Positions 19,704 through 29,960 of a DNA stretch of 64,000 bases are shown here, piece after piece. The stretch covers positions 1,152,001 to 1,216,000 of the forward strand of contig CAXXTH010000017.1 of assembly GCA_963668025.2 (NCBI GenBank), given 5' to 3'. The position numbers and the translations under genes are program-made. The DNA comes from Candidatus Hydrogenedentota bacterium (GTDB lineage Bacteria; Hydrogenedentota; Hydrogenedentia; Hydrogenedentales; SLHB01). The stretch's first letter is position 1. Each line of letters opens with the position of its first letter. Under the pieces are notes generated by a model. That model worked only from the letters and a program-made list of their open reading frames with translations, had not been told where the DNA came from and did no database searches.

Positions 19704-20468
19704 ATGGCAGGCCTATGGATGCTGGCTATCAAAAATCTGGTGTTTCCGCAATTCTGCAAGCAGTGCGGCATGCGGATTCTCACTGAGGAGAACTGCCATT
19801 TCTGCCCCACGTGCTGGGGCTTAAGCCCGAGGATCGAGCCGCCGTTTTGCAGCATATGCGGGCGTCCCCACCCAGAAAGCGTGGGGTTGTTTGCCATGGA
19901 AAGCTCGCAGGTTTTCCCATGCGGGCCTTGCGCATCCGGAAAGGAACAGCGGCATTATGGGCGCACCGTGGGGGCGGCCGTGTTTGACGGGCCTATCGCC
20001 GAAGCGATCAAGCTGCTTAAATTCCATGGGCGGACCAATCTCGTCCCGCCATTGGCGGCGCTCTTGCTCGATACGGCGGCACGCTGCCTGGATACCGAGG
20101 CGTACGAGGTGATCACCCCAGTGCCGCTACACCGCATACGCCAGCGCGAACGCGGCTTCAACCAGTCCGAACTGCTGGCGCAGGCAGTGCTCCCCGCTTT
20201 CACCGGGGCGCGATTCGAGCGCTTGCTGCTCCGCGTGCGGCCCACCCGCACCCAAAGCCTTCTCGAAGGCCGCAAAGAGCGCCTCGACAATGTGCGCGGG
20301 GCGTTCGCACTGGCGGAAGGGGCGCGGGTGGCAGGCGCGACGGTGCTGCTCGTTGATGATGTGGTCACCTCGCACGGCACCGTATCGGAATGCGCCCGGG
20401 TGCTCCGGCAGGCGGGTGCAAAACGGGTGGATGTGCTGGCGGTGGCCTTAGCCAGCGCGGCAGGATAG
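19704..20468 (+). CDS. comF: ComF family protein (double zinc ribbon + PRTase)
   Basis: CxxC pairs, PVPLH…ERGFNQS, LLVDDVVTS. Confidence 0.9.
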   Translation: MAGLWMLAIKNLVFPQFCKQCGMRILTEENCHFCPTCWGLSPRIEPPFCSICGRPHPESVGLFAMESSQVFPCGPCASGKEQRHYGRTVGAAVFDGPIAEAIKLLKFHGRTNLVPPLAALLLDTAARCLDTEAYEVITPVPLHRIRQRERGFNQSELLAQAVLPAFTGARFERLLLRVRPTRTQSLLEGRKERLDNVRGAFALAEGARVAGATVLLVDDVVTSHGTVSECARVLRQAGAKRVDVLAVALASAAG

Positions 20469-20804
20469 CATATAAGTAAGGATTTTGCCGATCAGTGGCT
20501 AAGGATTGCATTCTAAGATCCGGATTCTTTGGCCACGAAATACGCTATAACTTGAGTAGATACTTTTGTAGGGGAGGCAAGCCAAACCCTACTATTAACC
20601 GTGTATTTGATGGCCTGGAAATCCGTATCTTTGGTTTCGGCTATGCCGTGCGGTGAATACTCGATCAAGCCGTCTTAAACAAAGTAACTATCTGCTCGTT
20701 ACTTTTGGCTCTTGAATTCAATATTTTTGTCAAGTAAACACTTTCCTTTTTCGCAGTTTTGCGGTACCATTACAGGGCGGGGGTGTTTAGGAAGGGAGAA
20801 CGTC

Positions 20805-21533
20805 ATGCGAAAGGGAAGCGACATGGCTCCATCTATACGGTTTTCGACTATGTGTTGCACCGCCGCCGCACTGTTGGCGATAGTTTTTTTGCTTGCGCCA
20901 GCGGCGTGGGCGGGCAATGTGCTGCAAGTGCGCGCCAATGACGTGGACGGCGCGGCGCAGGGGTATGTCCAGTATTTCCGATGGGATGACACGGCGCAAG
21001 CGTATAAGCCGCTCCATTCGAGATATGTCAAAAAAGGTCTGGACCGCATCGCCTTGGCCCCGGGCAAATATTGGGTCAAGATGACCTATACCGAGACCTG
21101 CGCCGAGCAAATCCAGGAAGAAAAGGACATTGTCCTGGATGACGGCCAGGAAAGGGAGTGCTTTTTCTATTTTCCAAAAGGCGTGGCGGAGTTCAGCGCG
21201 CAAGATAACGACACCTGCGTGACCGCGAACGCCATGCTGACGATTTCGTATTGTGATGGAAACGAATTTAAGCGCCTCAAAAGCCGCCGGATTGATTCAT
21301 CCATGAAATGGGACGACATCTTTCTTGCCCCAGGCATCTATAAGGTGCGCTTTGATTATCTCGAGACACGCCCCCACATGGAATACGCGGAGCGGACCTT
21401 CGAGATTAAAGATGGAGAAGTGGTGTCCATATTGGGCCTGTTCCAGCATGGGCCATGGGAAAAGATCAGTGAAATCCACGCCGAAGAGCAAGTGAACGGG
21501 CCGATGGATAAAGGCCCGGCATGTAACGAGTAA
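20805..21533 (+). CDS. Secreted hypothetical protein with two internal repeats
   Basis: Signal peptide (PAAWA); repeats LAPGKYWVKMTYTET and LAPGIYKVRFDYLET. Confidence 0.65.
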   Translation: MRKGSDMAPSIRFSTMCCTAAALLAIVFLLAPAAWAGNVLQVRANDVDGAAQGYVQYFRWDDTAQAYKPLHSRYVKKGLDRIALAPGKYWVKMTYTETCAEQIQEEKDIVLDDGQERECFFYFPKGVAEFSAQDNDTCVTANAMLTISYCDGNEFKRLKSRRIDSSMKWDDIFLAPGIYKVRFDYLETRPHMEYAERTFEIKDGEVVSILGLFQHGPWEKISEIHAEEQVNGPMDKGPACNE

Positions 21534-21674
21534 GCGCTGGGTGTTTCTTTTGGACATGATTTACTTCCGGTCAGCTCGCTAGAGCGCCGCTGCTTACATA
21601 GTTATATCCATCTAAACACCCCGGCTTCAGCCGGGTGCTAAGGAGAGCCTGTTTAGACAGGCTAAAAAGGCACC

Positions 21675-21961
21675 GTAATATGTTAGCCGACTGAAGAAAT
21701 GGCCGCTTTTTTAGACATGATTTACAAGATTAACAAGATTGGACATGATCGTAACAATTCTTTATAGAGTTGAGCCATGAAAAAGCGGACGTGCTTTTTC
21801 GTGTAGCGGAATTGCCATTAAAAAATCTTGTCCATCTTGTAAATCCTGTCTAAAATAATTCTCCCATTAACGGAGCTTGGCCATGTATTCGCGTCTATTC
21901 GCGTCTATTCGCGGTTCAAAAATCTGCCCACTGCTTTTGCTCCAGATGGCCAAAGTGTTAC
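21675..21961. mobile_element. MITE-like element, copy A
   Basis: Aligns along its length with the reverse complement of 62521-62817; ends GTAATATGTTAGCCGACTGAAG and GGCCAAAGTGTTAC; flanks AAGGCACC/AAGACGCC match 6 of 8. Confidence 0.75.
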
Positions 21962-22076
21962 AAGACGCCAAGCAACCTGGTGTCTATTGCATGCAAGGTT
22001 GGGTTCTCCTGGCTACCGTACTGCGCAAAAAGAGAAACATGCGTTAATCGGCCGGATTTTCGTCGGTATTCCCCTC

Positions 22077-22105
22077 TTGACAGAATGGGCGGGAAGGTGT
22101 ACAGT
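22077..22105 (+). promoter_or_regulatory. Sigma70-type promoter for the DUF1559 locus
   Basis: TTGACA-N17-TACAGT. Confidence 0.65.
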
Positions 22106-22110
22106 ATTGT

Positions 22111-22128
22111 TTAGTAAACGTTTTCTGG
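22111..22128. promoter_or_regulatory. LacI-family operator O1
   Basis: TTAGTAAACGTTTTCTGG, CG-centred, at the predicted start of transcription. Confidence 0.6.
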
Positions 22129-22240
22129 TTGCGCGGGTTTGGTGAGCAGCGGGCGCTATGGTGCTACTGGGCAATGAAGTCTGGGGCTCAGTATCGTATG
22201 AAATGCATGAGCGGGTGGGATAGGCAATTTTCGCACGCTT

Positions 22241-22262
22241 GATTAGTAAGCGTTTTCTAATC
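22241..22262. promoter_or_regulatory. LacI-family operator O2
   Basis: GATTAGTAAGCGTTTTCTAATC; centre 132 bp from O1. Confidence 0.6.
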
Positions 22263-22366
22263 CAGGCGCGGGCAACGGGAAAAAGAATGGGTCAGCATTC
22301 GCATTATAGAATTGGGTGAGTTGGAGTGGTAAGGACGCAGTCATTCAAAAAAGGAGGAATGGAACA

Positions 22367-23473
22367 ATGAACAAGGTCCGCAGGCGGGGTTTCACCTTGA
22401 TTGAACTCCTAGTGGTTATTGCCATTATTGCGATTTTGGCGGCTATTTTGCTGCCGGCATTGGCGCGTGCCCGGGAAGCGGCGCGGCGCGCTTCGTGTTC
22501 GAGCAATCTCAAGCAATGGGGAATTATCCTCACGATGTTCTCGAACGAGGCGAAAGGGAATTACTTCCCGACGATGTCGCCGTTTGTATATAAGATGGAC
22601 GAAGATGCCAAGGCAACGACGTTTTATTCCCTTTCCATTAACGCTTCCACGGTTTATCCCGATTATTGGAATGATGCAAACATCGCCCTTTGCCCGTCGG
22701 ATTCCCGCGCAGGCATGAGCTATGTGGGTGTGGAGGAAGATTTTCCGGCGCAGATCACCGAAGCCGCCAAGGCGTATTCGAGCAATCCAACCCCACAAAA
22801 TAAAAGTTGCCGGGATCTTTTAATGTCAATGCCTGTCTCATACCTATATTTTGGGTACATGATCACTAGCTTGGGCGAATGGGCGCTATTTGGTGAGTTG
22901 CGGCGCAACTATTTAAATTACTATATCAATATCATTCATGAATATAATGGATATACTGGGAAATCTGGTGAAATCTGTAATACAACATGGGGGGAAGCCA
23001 TATCGGACTTTTCGGAAAAAGATCTTGCTCGAAGTTCCAAGCAAGGAGACTACAATCATACATATTGGGATGGCTATTCCTATTGTAAAGACGAAAACGA
23101 TAAAAACATCGATGTGGCGGCGAAGCCGAGTTTCATTCGTCTGCGCCAAGGCGTCGAGCGATTCACCATCACCGATATCAACAATCCCGCAGGCGGTTCC
23201 ACAGGCCAAAGTACGATTGTCACGATGTTTGACGCGTGGGGCGGCAGAAGCGTAGACCCACGTGAGGCATGGAATGGTTTCGGCCATGAGAAGGCGATTC
23301 AGAATTTCAACCATGTACCGGGCGGCTCGAATGTCCTGTACATGGACGGCCACGTGGCATTCCAACGGTTCCAGGACAACAAGTTCCCCATTGGCAGCGG
23401 AGATGTGGCGGGCAATGATGATATCTCGATTGTACCAGCGCTAGTGGGGCATTTGTATGGTGGAGTGGGCTGA
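22367..23473 (+). CDS. Prepilin-type N-terminal cleavage / DUF1559 / H-X9-DG protein
   Basis: RRG|[24 protein letters not shown]…AR..SC..NLKQ; C-terminal [15 protein letters not shown]; AGGAGG RBS. Confidence 0.92.
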   Translation: MNKVRRRGFTLIELLVVIAIIAILAAILLPALARAREAARRASCSSNLKQWGIILTMFSNEAKGNYFPTMSPFVYKMDEDAKATTFYSLSINASTVYPDYWNDANIALCPSDSRAGMSYVGVEEDFPAQITEAAKAYSSNPTPQNKSCRDLLMSMPVSYLYFGYMITSLGEWALFGELRRNYLNYYINIIHEYNGYTGKSGEICNTTWGEAISDFSEKDLARSSKQGDYNHTYWDGYSYCKDENDKNIDVAAKPSFIRLRQGVERFTITDINNPAGGSTGQSTIVTMFDAWGGRSVDPREAWNGFGHEKAIQNFNHVPGGSNVLYMDGHVAFQRFQDNKFPIGSGDVAGNDDISIVPALVGHLYGGVG

Positions 23474-23582
23474 TCAACCGTATCTGATGTTTTCGATTGG
23501 ATGCGGATGAATGTCAGAGAGGGGGAAGAGCTTAGTGGCTTTTTCCTGGGTAGACAGAGGAGCAGGAATGAGGAGAATGAAC

Positions 23583-24905
23583 ATGAGCAAGACGAGAATC
23601 GTTGTGGCAGCGCTGGCGCTGCTGTTCGTGGTGGCCTCCGCCGATGCGGCGACTATCCATGTGTCCAAGGCCTACGCTGGCAGTGCGGACCTGGGCGGCG
23701 GCGTGTACCAGACTCCCAATATGGGATATGCACGGTATATCGCGAGTTGGGTGTCCACGGACACTGCCGTGACTGATGAAATCATCGTCGAGGACAGTTC
23801 CACTTATTATGAGAATGATGGCGATGATGGCAATTTCCATTTTGAGAACGCCGGTCCCATCTATTTGCATGCGGCGGAGGGCGCACACCCAGTTTTCAAT
23901 GCCGATGTGACGGCAGCGAATGCGATTCTAATTCTGAAAAATCCGACGGATTGCGTCATCGAAGGCATCACGTTTACGACCAACCGTGTGTTCATGGATA
24001 ATGGCGGCAGTTACAATGAAAGCATGCTGATGTGTGGTGATTGGGCCAATGCCTACACAGCGCCGATTGTCCGGGATTGCATCTTTATCAGCACCAAAGG
24101 CCATGGCTGCATCTCGTACGCCAGTGGTGGCGTCGAAGCGACGGATGCTGTCGAGATTGATCATTGCGCCTTCTATTTTTCCGGTGATGGCGATAAGATT
24201 GAGAATCGTGATCCCATCCACTGGAACAGTGGCTGCTACGGTAATTACGACATCGACCAAAGCACGATCGTGATGAATAATTGCAACTATGTGGGTTGTC
24301 ATTTCCCGGGTGGAACTCTGATTACTTTCACCAACAGCATCATCACCAACGTGCAGGAATGGGGCGCCTTCACGAGTCCGACGACTAATATGATCGACCG
24401 CTGTTTCCTTTCCTATATGGGTAGCTGGAGCGGCAATTTCCCGTCTCCCGACACCAATCTGCCCGCTGGCCATGATGGCGGCGTGTTCGCTGATCCCGTG
24501 TGGGCGGGCGATCCCGCGGCGGGGAACTTCATGATTCAATCCCCGTCTCCCTGTGCGTTCAGTGGCGCGGACAACATCGGCTATGACATCTGGACCACGA
24601 GCGGCGCGACGCCGACCGTGCCGGATGTGTCGGGCATGACACAAACGGAAGCCACGACGGCGCTCGAGGACGCCGGATATGTCGTCACGGTTGAGCAGGA
24701 AGCGAGTGACACTATTCCCGCGGGCACGATCATCCGCACCGAGCCGGCGATTGGCAGTGAGCTTGCCGAAGGCGAGACGGTCACGTTGGTGGTTTCCACC
24801 GGCAGCGCTTCGACGGACCTGCCCGTAGCGGGCTTGTTTGGATTGATGGCGTTGGGTGGCGCTATTGGGCTTGGAGGAACGCTGCGGATTCGCCGCCGGC
24901 GCTAA
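23583..24905 (+). CDS. Secreted beta-helix-like protein with PASTA domain and C-terminal sorting-type tail
   Basis: Signal peptide ADA|ATIHV, pectin-lyase-like repeats, PASTA (VPDVSGMT…VTLVVSTG), tail LPVAG-TM-RIRRRR. Confidence 0.8.
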   Translation: MSKTRIVVAALALLFVVASADAATIHVSKAYAGSADLGGGVYQTPNMGYARYIASWVSTDTAVTDEIIVEDSSTYYENDGDDGNFHFENAGPIYLHAAEGAHPVFNADVTAANAILILKNPTDCVIEGITFTTNRVFMDNGGSYNESMLMCGDWANAYTAPIVRDCIFISTKGHGCISYASGGVEATDAVEIDHCAFYFSGDGDKIENRDPIHWNSGCYGNYDIDQSTIVMNNCNYVGCHFPGGTLITFTNSIITNVQEWGAFTSPTTNMIDRCFLSYMGSWSGNFPSPDTNLPAGHDGGVFADPVWAGDPAAGNFMIQSPSPCAFSGADNIGYDIWTTSGATPTVPDVSGMTQTEATTALEDAGYVVTVEQEASDTIPAGTIIRTEPAIGSELAEGETVTLVVSTGSASTDLPVAGLFGLMALGGAIGLGGTLRIRRRR

Positions 24906-25010
24906 TTCCCGCTCCTCTACCTAAGTAATGCATAGGTATATGGGATGGACCGCTGGCCATTTTCGGCCGGCGGTCCTCATGTTTAGGATTTGAGAAGAAC
25001 AAACATGCTT

Positions 25011-25058
25011 GTAGCATGGGCGTCCCGCCCATGCGCATGGCCGGGACGGCCATGCTAC
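25011..25058. repeat. REP-like doublet, family 1
   Basis: Identical to 4429-4476. Confidence 0.85.
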
Positions 25059-25088
25059 AGGGGCTTACATTTATAAAATGGGTGTTTC

Positions 25089-26654
25089 ATGAACAATTTA
25101 TTCATATCTATCGCTTCATTTAGCCTTATTTGCGCCGCATGCCTGCCGCCAGCTTGGGCGGCGGATGTGACGGTAGATACATCCACCGTGCTGTGCCCGG
25201 ATTTCATGGGATTTGGCTGCCACGGTTTTTATTATCTCAATTGCGGATTTAATACGTCGCGGGGGGTGGGCACGGCGGACCGCACCTTGAACAATGAGCG
25301 CATCCGAAAGATGCGCATGGATGTTTGCCGTGTGTTTTGGGCGCATAAATGGTGGGAGCCCACGGAAGGCGTTCAAACTCCGGATGACGAGAATATTCAA
25401 GATCAAGTGCGTTTTTTCACGCTCCTTAAAGAATCCGGATGCCAGGTGAACCTTGTTCCTTGGGGGGACTGGTGGTCGTATCCTAGTTGGTGCGTGGATG
25501 GGGAGCGCCGTTTGCCGAAGGCGGAAAAACGGGATGCGGCCAACCGGAGTTTTGTTGATTACATCCAATACCTGCGCGAAACGAAAGGCCTGGACAATGT
25601 CTCACAAGTAACGTTCATGAACGAGCCGGACAACAATCCGGCCACCGCTCCCACCGTGCCGGAGTATCAAGCCATGGCGCTTCAGCTCGATGCCGAGCTG
25701 GAAAACCGGGGCCTTCGCGGCAAGATCTCGTATATTGGGATCGACGGCTCTTCCTGGTACGCCGCCAAATCCGGGGAATGGTTTTATGACGTGGCCCATA
25801 GCGCGCAAGGGCTCGAGTATTGCGACGCCACCGCGCAGCATACGTATGGATATAAGCTGGATCTTTCCACGGTTTTTGGCAATGTTCCCCCGATGAGTTT
25901 ATGGATTGATTCGCGGAAGAACGAGATAGGGGAAAAGCCATGGACCGTGCAGGAATTCAATATTTATAACACGGACCCGGACGCGGGCACATGGGGCCCG
26001 GCCCCCGGCTCGGATTTTTTTGAGCATGGCCTGTATGTAGCGGATTTCGCCTTGGAGTGTGTGAATCGCGGCGCATCGAGCGTGGTGTTTTGGTGCCTTT
26101 CCGACCAGATTTTGGATTATGCGGGCAATCAGCAGCATTACGGTTTATGGAAATACAAAACCGATGGGTGGGAGCCGCGCCCGGCATTCTATTCCTGGTC
26201 GCTGGTGACGCGGTATACTGCCGCGAACAGCCAAGTATATGCCCTTGATGGCTTGCCTTCCGGCCTGAAAGGAGCGGCCTTTATATCGCCCCGGAAAAAG
26301 ATGACGGTGTTCATTTTGAACCGGACCGCCTCAGACCAAACGCTAAATATGGATTTAGGCAGGCCGGTTCCCACGTCATTCCGCCATTATCTGTATGCGT
26401 CCGACACCGTGCCTACGGCGACCCAGGGCATGCTCGATGCCTGTGAATCGCTCATTTACGACCCGAGCCATCGTATGCCATTCGTGTCGCGGGCGAATAG
26501 TTTCAGCGTGTTGTCCAGCTTGAATCCCGATGCGGGGGATGATGAGCCGGTTCAAGTTCCTGCGGCGCATGCGGCAGGATTATTTTCAATGGTGGCGGGC
26601 ATTTTTGCAGGTGTTTTCCATTATGGGTGCGCCAAGCCGTCAGGGTGCATATAA
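25089..26654 (+). CDS. Secreted clan GH-A glycoside hydrolase (GH30/GH5-like)
   Basis: Signal peptide, FMNEPD acid/base motif, VQEFN nucleophile, C-terminal beta domain, VPAA-TM tail. Confidence 0.75.
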   Translation: MNNLFISIASFSLICAACLPPAWAADVTVDTSTVLCPDFMGFGCHGFYYLNCGFNTSRGVGTADRTLNNERIRKMRMDVCRVFWAHKWWEPTEGVQTPDDENIQDQVRFFTLLKESGCQVNLVPWGDWWSYPSWCVDGERRLPKAEKRDAANRSFVDYIQYLRETKGLDNVSQVTFMNEPDNNPATAPTVPEYQAMALQLDAELENRGLRGKISYIGIDGSSWYAAKSGEWFYDVAHSAQGLEYCDATAQHTYGYKLDLSTVFGNVPPMSLWIDSRKNEIGEKPWTVQEFNIYNTDPDAGTWGPAPGSDFFEHGLYVADFALECVNRGASSVVFWCLSDQILDYAGNQQHYGLWKYKTDGWEPRPAFYSWSLVTRYTAANSQVYALDGLPSGLKGAAFISPRKKMTVFILNRTASDQTLNMDLGRPVPTSFRHYLYASDTVPTATQGMLDACESLIYDPSHRMPFVSRANSFSVLSSLNPDAGDDEPVQVPAAHAAGLFSMVAGIFAGVFHYGCAKPSGCI

Positions 26655-26721
26655 AGAAGCAATGGATGAAACTAGGGCCGTTTATGGGCTGTGTCGAAAA
26701 GAATTGAAAGGATTCCAAACA

Positions 26722-28860
26722 ATGCCGGAAACAAAAAATGAGTTGAAAGAAACATGCATGGGCAATGGACAAGCCAATCCCAGCGCGTGGTATAAGCATG
26801 CCTATCGGCGAAACGTGGTCGATATGCACATACCAGACTGGCATGAGTCCTTTCTTTCGCAGTTTGATCCCAAGGCGTATGTGCAGACGCTCAAAATATC
26901 GCGGGCGCAATCAGCGGTTCTATATGCCCATTCCCACGCGGGCCTCACATTTTATCCCACAAAATATGGGCAGATGCATCGCGGCCTCGATGGGCGGAAT
27001 ATTTTCGCGGAGACGGCGGAAGAATGCCGCAAAAACGGCATCGCCGTGCAGTTATACTTCAGCCTTATCTACGATACATGGGCCTATCGCACCCATCCCG
27101 ATTGGCGCATCCGCCGGGCCGATGGCGCGGGCGCGGGCGATGAGAGCCGTTATGGCGTTTGCTGCCCCAACTCCCCGTACCGGGAGCATGTCGCGCGCAT
27201 GGTGGCCGAGATCTGCCAGGAACAGAAATTCGATGGCATCCGTTTCGATATGACCTTCTGGCCTACGGTCTGTTATTGCATTCATTGCCGCAATCGATTC
27301 CGCGAGGAAGTGGGCGGAGAATTGCCCACGACGGTCAACTGGGATGATCCGGCGTGGGTGGCCTTCCAGCGGAAGCGGGAGGAATGGCTGACGGATTTCG
27401 CGGGCGTGGCCACATCGACCGTGAAGCAATACCGGCCAGACGCCAGCATTGAACACCAGTCCTCGACCTATAGCCTTTCGTGGCGGTTTGGGGTCGCATG
27501 GCATCTGGCGCAACAGAATACGTTCTTGCAGGGCGATTTCTACGGGGATATTTTGCAGGGCAGCGTGGCGCGCAAGATGTTCTATAACTTAACGCCCGAG
27601 CATCCCTTCGGCTTCGAGACGAGTTTCAGCGTGAGCCTGAACAACCACACGGCGAAGAAGAGTTTCGATTGGCTGCGGTGCAAGGCGTATGCGGCCATTG
27701 CGGATGGGGGCGCGTTTGTGTTTATCGACGCCATAGACCCCGTAGGTACGATGAATCCCCGGACCTACGAATGCATGGGGCGCATTTTCAGCGAGACCGA
27801 AGGGTATGACCCGTATCTTGGAGGGAAACGCTTACAGGATGTGGCCGTGTATTTGAGCACGGAATCCAAGTACTCGCTCAATGAAAACGGTTTGCGCCTG
27901 ATAGGGGATGATTCCGCCGCCACCAATCAAGAGGCCGCCCCGAGCATGCCGCACGTGGACGGCCTGTTCTACGCCGCCGAGGCCCTTATTCACAACCATT
28001 TGCCCTATGGCGTGCTCACGCGCAAAAGCCTGGGCGATTTGAGCAAGTTTAAAATTGTCATTCTGCCGAATGTGCTCATGATGTCCGAAGAGGAAGTGGA
28101 AGCCATCCGCGCCTATGTGGCGGGCGGCGGCTGCGTGTATGCGAGCAAATATACCTCGTTGCAGCGTACGGACGGGGTGAAGCCTGGCGGCTTCATGTTG
28201 GGCGATGTGTTTGGCGTTTCCTATGTGGGCGAGACGCCGGAAAACTTCACCTTCATTGCACCGGCCAAGGATAAGGAAGAGTTTTTTGATACATATACGG
28301 AGAGCTGGCCCATCGGCATGGCGGAAACGCAGATTCGCGTGAAGGCGAATCCGGGCGCGGAAGTGTGGGCTTCGCTGGTGCTGCCTTATTCCAATCCTGC
28401 GGACTATGAGCGCTTTGCCTCGATCCATAGCAATCCTCCCGGCATCTGGACCGGCGAGCCAGCGATTGTCTTAAACCGGTATGGAAAAGGCAAAGCGATG
28501 TACTGCACGGCTCCCCTCGAGACGCCGCGCATGTTTGGCGATATCTTTGTCAATCTGCTTCGTGTGTTGAGCAATGATTTCGCCTTTGAAGCCAGCGCGC
28601 CGCCCTGCGTTGAAGTCACGGCCTTCGAGCAGCCGGAACACAAGCGCAGCATGATCTGCCTGCTCAATTTCCAGAAAGATCTGCCCAATGTGCCCGTGCA
28701 AGGCGTGCGTGTTTCCGTGCGCACCGATGGCCGCGCTGTCCAGCGCGTCGTGGTGGCGCCGCATGAGAAAGAACTCGATTTCACGGTGCAAGAGGGCCGT
28801 GTGTGTTTTGAATCGCCCGTGGTGGAGAACTTCCAGATGATCGCCGTCGAGTATAAGTGA
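26722..28860 (+). CDS. Glycoside hydrolase-like protein (GHL6/alpha-L-fucosidase-like) with beta-galactosidase trimerisation domain
   Basis: DMHIPDW…FDP, H.G..YPTK.G, CCPNSPY, DGIRFDM, IVILPN…YVAGGG; start uncertain. Confidence 0.8.
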   Translation: MPETKNELKETCMGNGQANPSAWYKHAYRRNVVDMHIPDWHESFLSQFDPKAYVQTLKISRAQSAVLYAHSHAGLTFYPTKYGQMHRGLDGRNIFAETAEECRKNGIAVQLYFSLIYDTWAYRTHPDWRIRRADGAGAGDESRYGVCCPNSPYREHVARMVAEICQEQKFDGIRFDMTFWPTVCYCIHCRNRFREEVGGELPTTVNWDDPAWVAFQRKREEWLTDFAGVATSTVKQYRPDASIEHQSSTYSLSWRFGVAWHLAQQNTFLQGDFYGDILQGSVARKMFYNLTPEHPFGFETSFSVSLNNHTAKKSFDWLRCKAYAAIADGGAFVFIDAIDPVGTMNPRTYECMGRIFSETEGYDPYLGGKRLQDVAVYLSTESKYSLNENGLRLIGDDSAATNQEAAPSMPHVDGLFYAAEALIHNHLPYGVLTRKSLGDLSKFKIVILPNVLMMSEEEVEAIRAYVAGGGCVYASKYTSLQRTDGVKPGGFMLGDVFGVSYVGETPENFTFIAPAKDKEEFFDTYTESWPIGMAETQIRVKANPGAEVWASLVLPYSNPADYERFASIHSNPPGIWTGEPAIVLNRYGKGKAMYCTAPLETPRMFGDIFVNLLRVLSNDFAFEASAPPCVEVTAFEQPEHKRSMICLLNFQKDLPNVPVQGVRVSVRTDGRAVQRVVVAPHEKELDFTVQEGRVCFESPVVENFQMIAVEYK

Positions 28861-28895
28861 CGCCGCCAGGGAGGCAAGGCGGGAATGGGGATGCA

Positions 28896-29714
28896 TCACG
28901 CCCCCTTCGGGCGCAAATCCGAGGGGGGCATGCCCGCCACTTTTCGGAAAACACGGCTGAAATAAAAGGGATCATCGTAACCCACCGACTCGGCCACCTG
29001 GTTGATCGGCAGCGTGGTTTCCCGAATCCAGTACATCGCTTGTTGAATGCGGACGCGCGTGAGAAAGGCGTTGGGCGTTTGGCCGGTGCGGCGCTTGAAC
29101 AAGCGGTGGAGATGGCCTTCGCTGCATCCAAACCGGCGTGCAAGATTGGCGACCGATATGGGCTCGGCGAAATGGGCCGTGATATGGCGCACGACTTCCT
29201 CCACTAAATAGCCCTCGGAGGCATGCGCGCCCGATTCGAGCGCGCGCAAGAAACGGCCTAAGACCGCTTCGATCAATCCATCGAGTTCAAAACCCGTTCC
29301 GGGGCCGCCGTGCTCGCCCACCATCCAAATCTGCTCGACAAGCGGAGCTAATTCGGGCGCTTGCACCCCTACCGGATGCCGGATATCCCATTTGCCAAGG
29401 CGTGTGCCGTTAAACTCCACCCAGATGGTGTCCATGGGGGTGCTGGCCCATTCGTCGTGGAGATACAGCGGAGGTGTGACGCACACCAAGCCCCCCGACA
29501 TATCGAGCTCGTGTTCGCATAACAGCCGCCCTTTGCCGCTGATGACGCAGGTGAGTTCCCAATTGTCGTGTGCGCGGCGAGAATCGCTCAGGCGTATGCC
29601 TCGAAAACGGCCAATCCCGCAGACCGTGAGTTCTTGGGAACGTCCCGCAAGGGGGCCTTCCCAGAGCGAATCAGGCAAAGCATGCAGCGTATTGTACCCT
29701 ACCATTTGCACCAT
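28896..29714 (-). CDS. AraC family transcriptional regulator
   Basis: Cupin N-terminus (HDNWEL); VGYDDPFYFSRVFRKVAGMPP. Confidence 0.92.
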   Translation of the reverse strand: MVQMVGYNTLHALPDSLWEGPLAGRSQELTVCGIGRFRGIRLSDSRRAHDNWELTCVISGKGRLLCEHELDMSGGLVCVTPPLYLHDEWASTPMDTIWVEFNGTRLGKWDIRHPVGVQAPELAPLVEQIWMVGEHGGPGTGFELDGLIEAVLGRFLRALESGAHASEGYLVEEVVRHITAHFAEPISVANLARRFGCSEGHLHRLFKRRTGQTPNAFLTRVRIQQAMYWIRETTLPINQVAESVGYDDPFYFSRVFRKVAGMPPSDLRPKGA

Positions 29715-29960
29715 CCTGTTTTATTTTCAGTTATACGCCTCAATGGAGCATATCAGAATTGTCTATCCCTTAGGATTCTTTTGTGCATGGATTTTATACA
29801 GGTATTGATTAAAAATAGCGCTCTGAAACAAAGCAACCGTATCGAGTGCCTAAACAGAATAATGCATGCGGCCCGGCAAGGCAAGCAGCCGTGCGCAACT
29901 GGCTCGATTGTAGGCGGGAGCTTGGCGTAAGGCCTCAAACCTGGAGAAGGATTTCGAATC

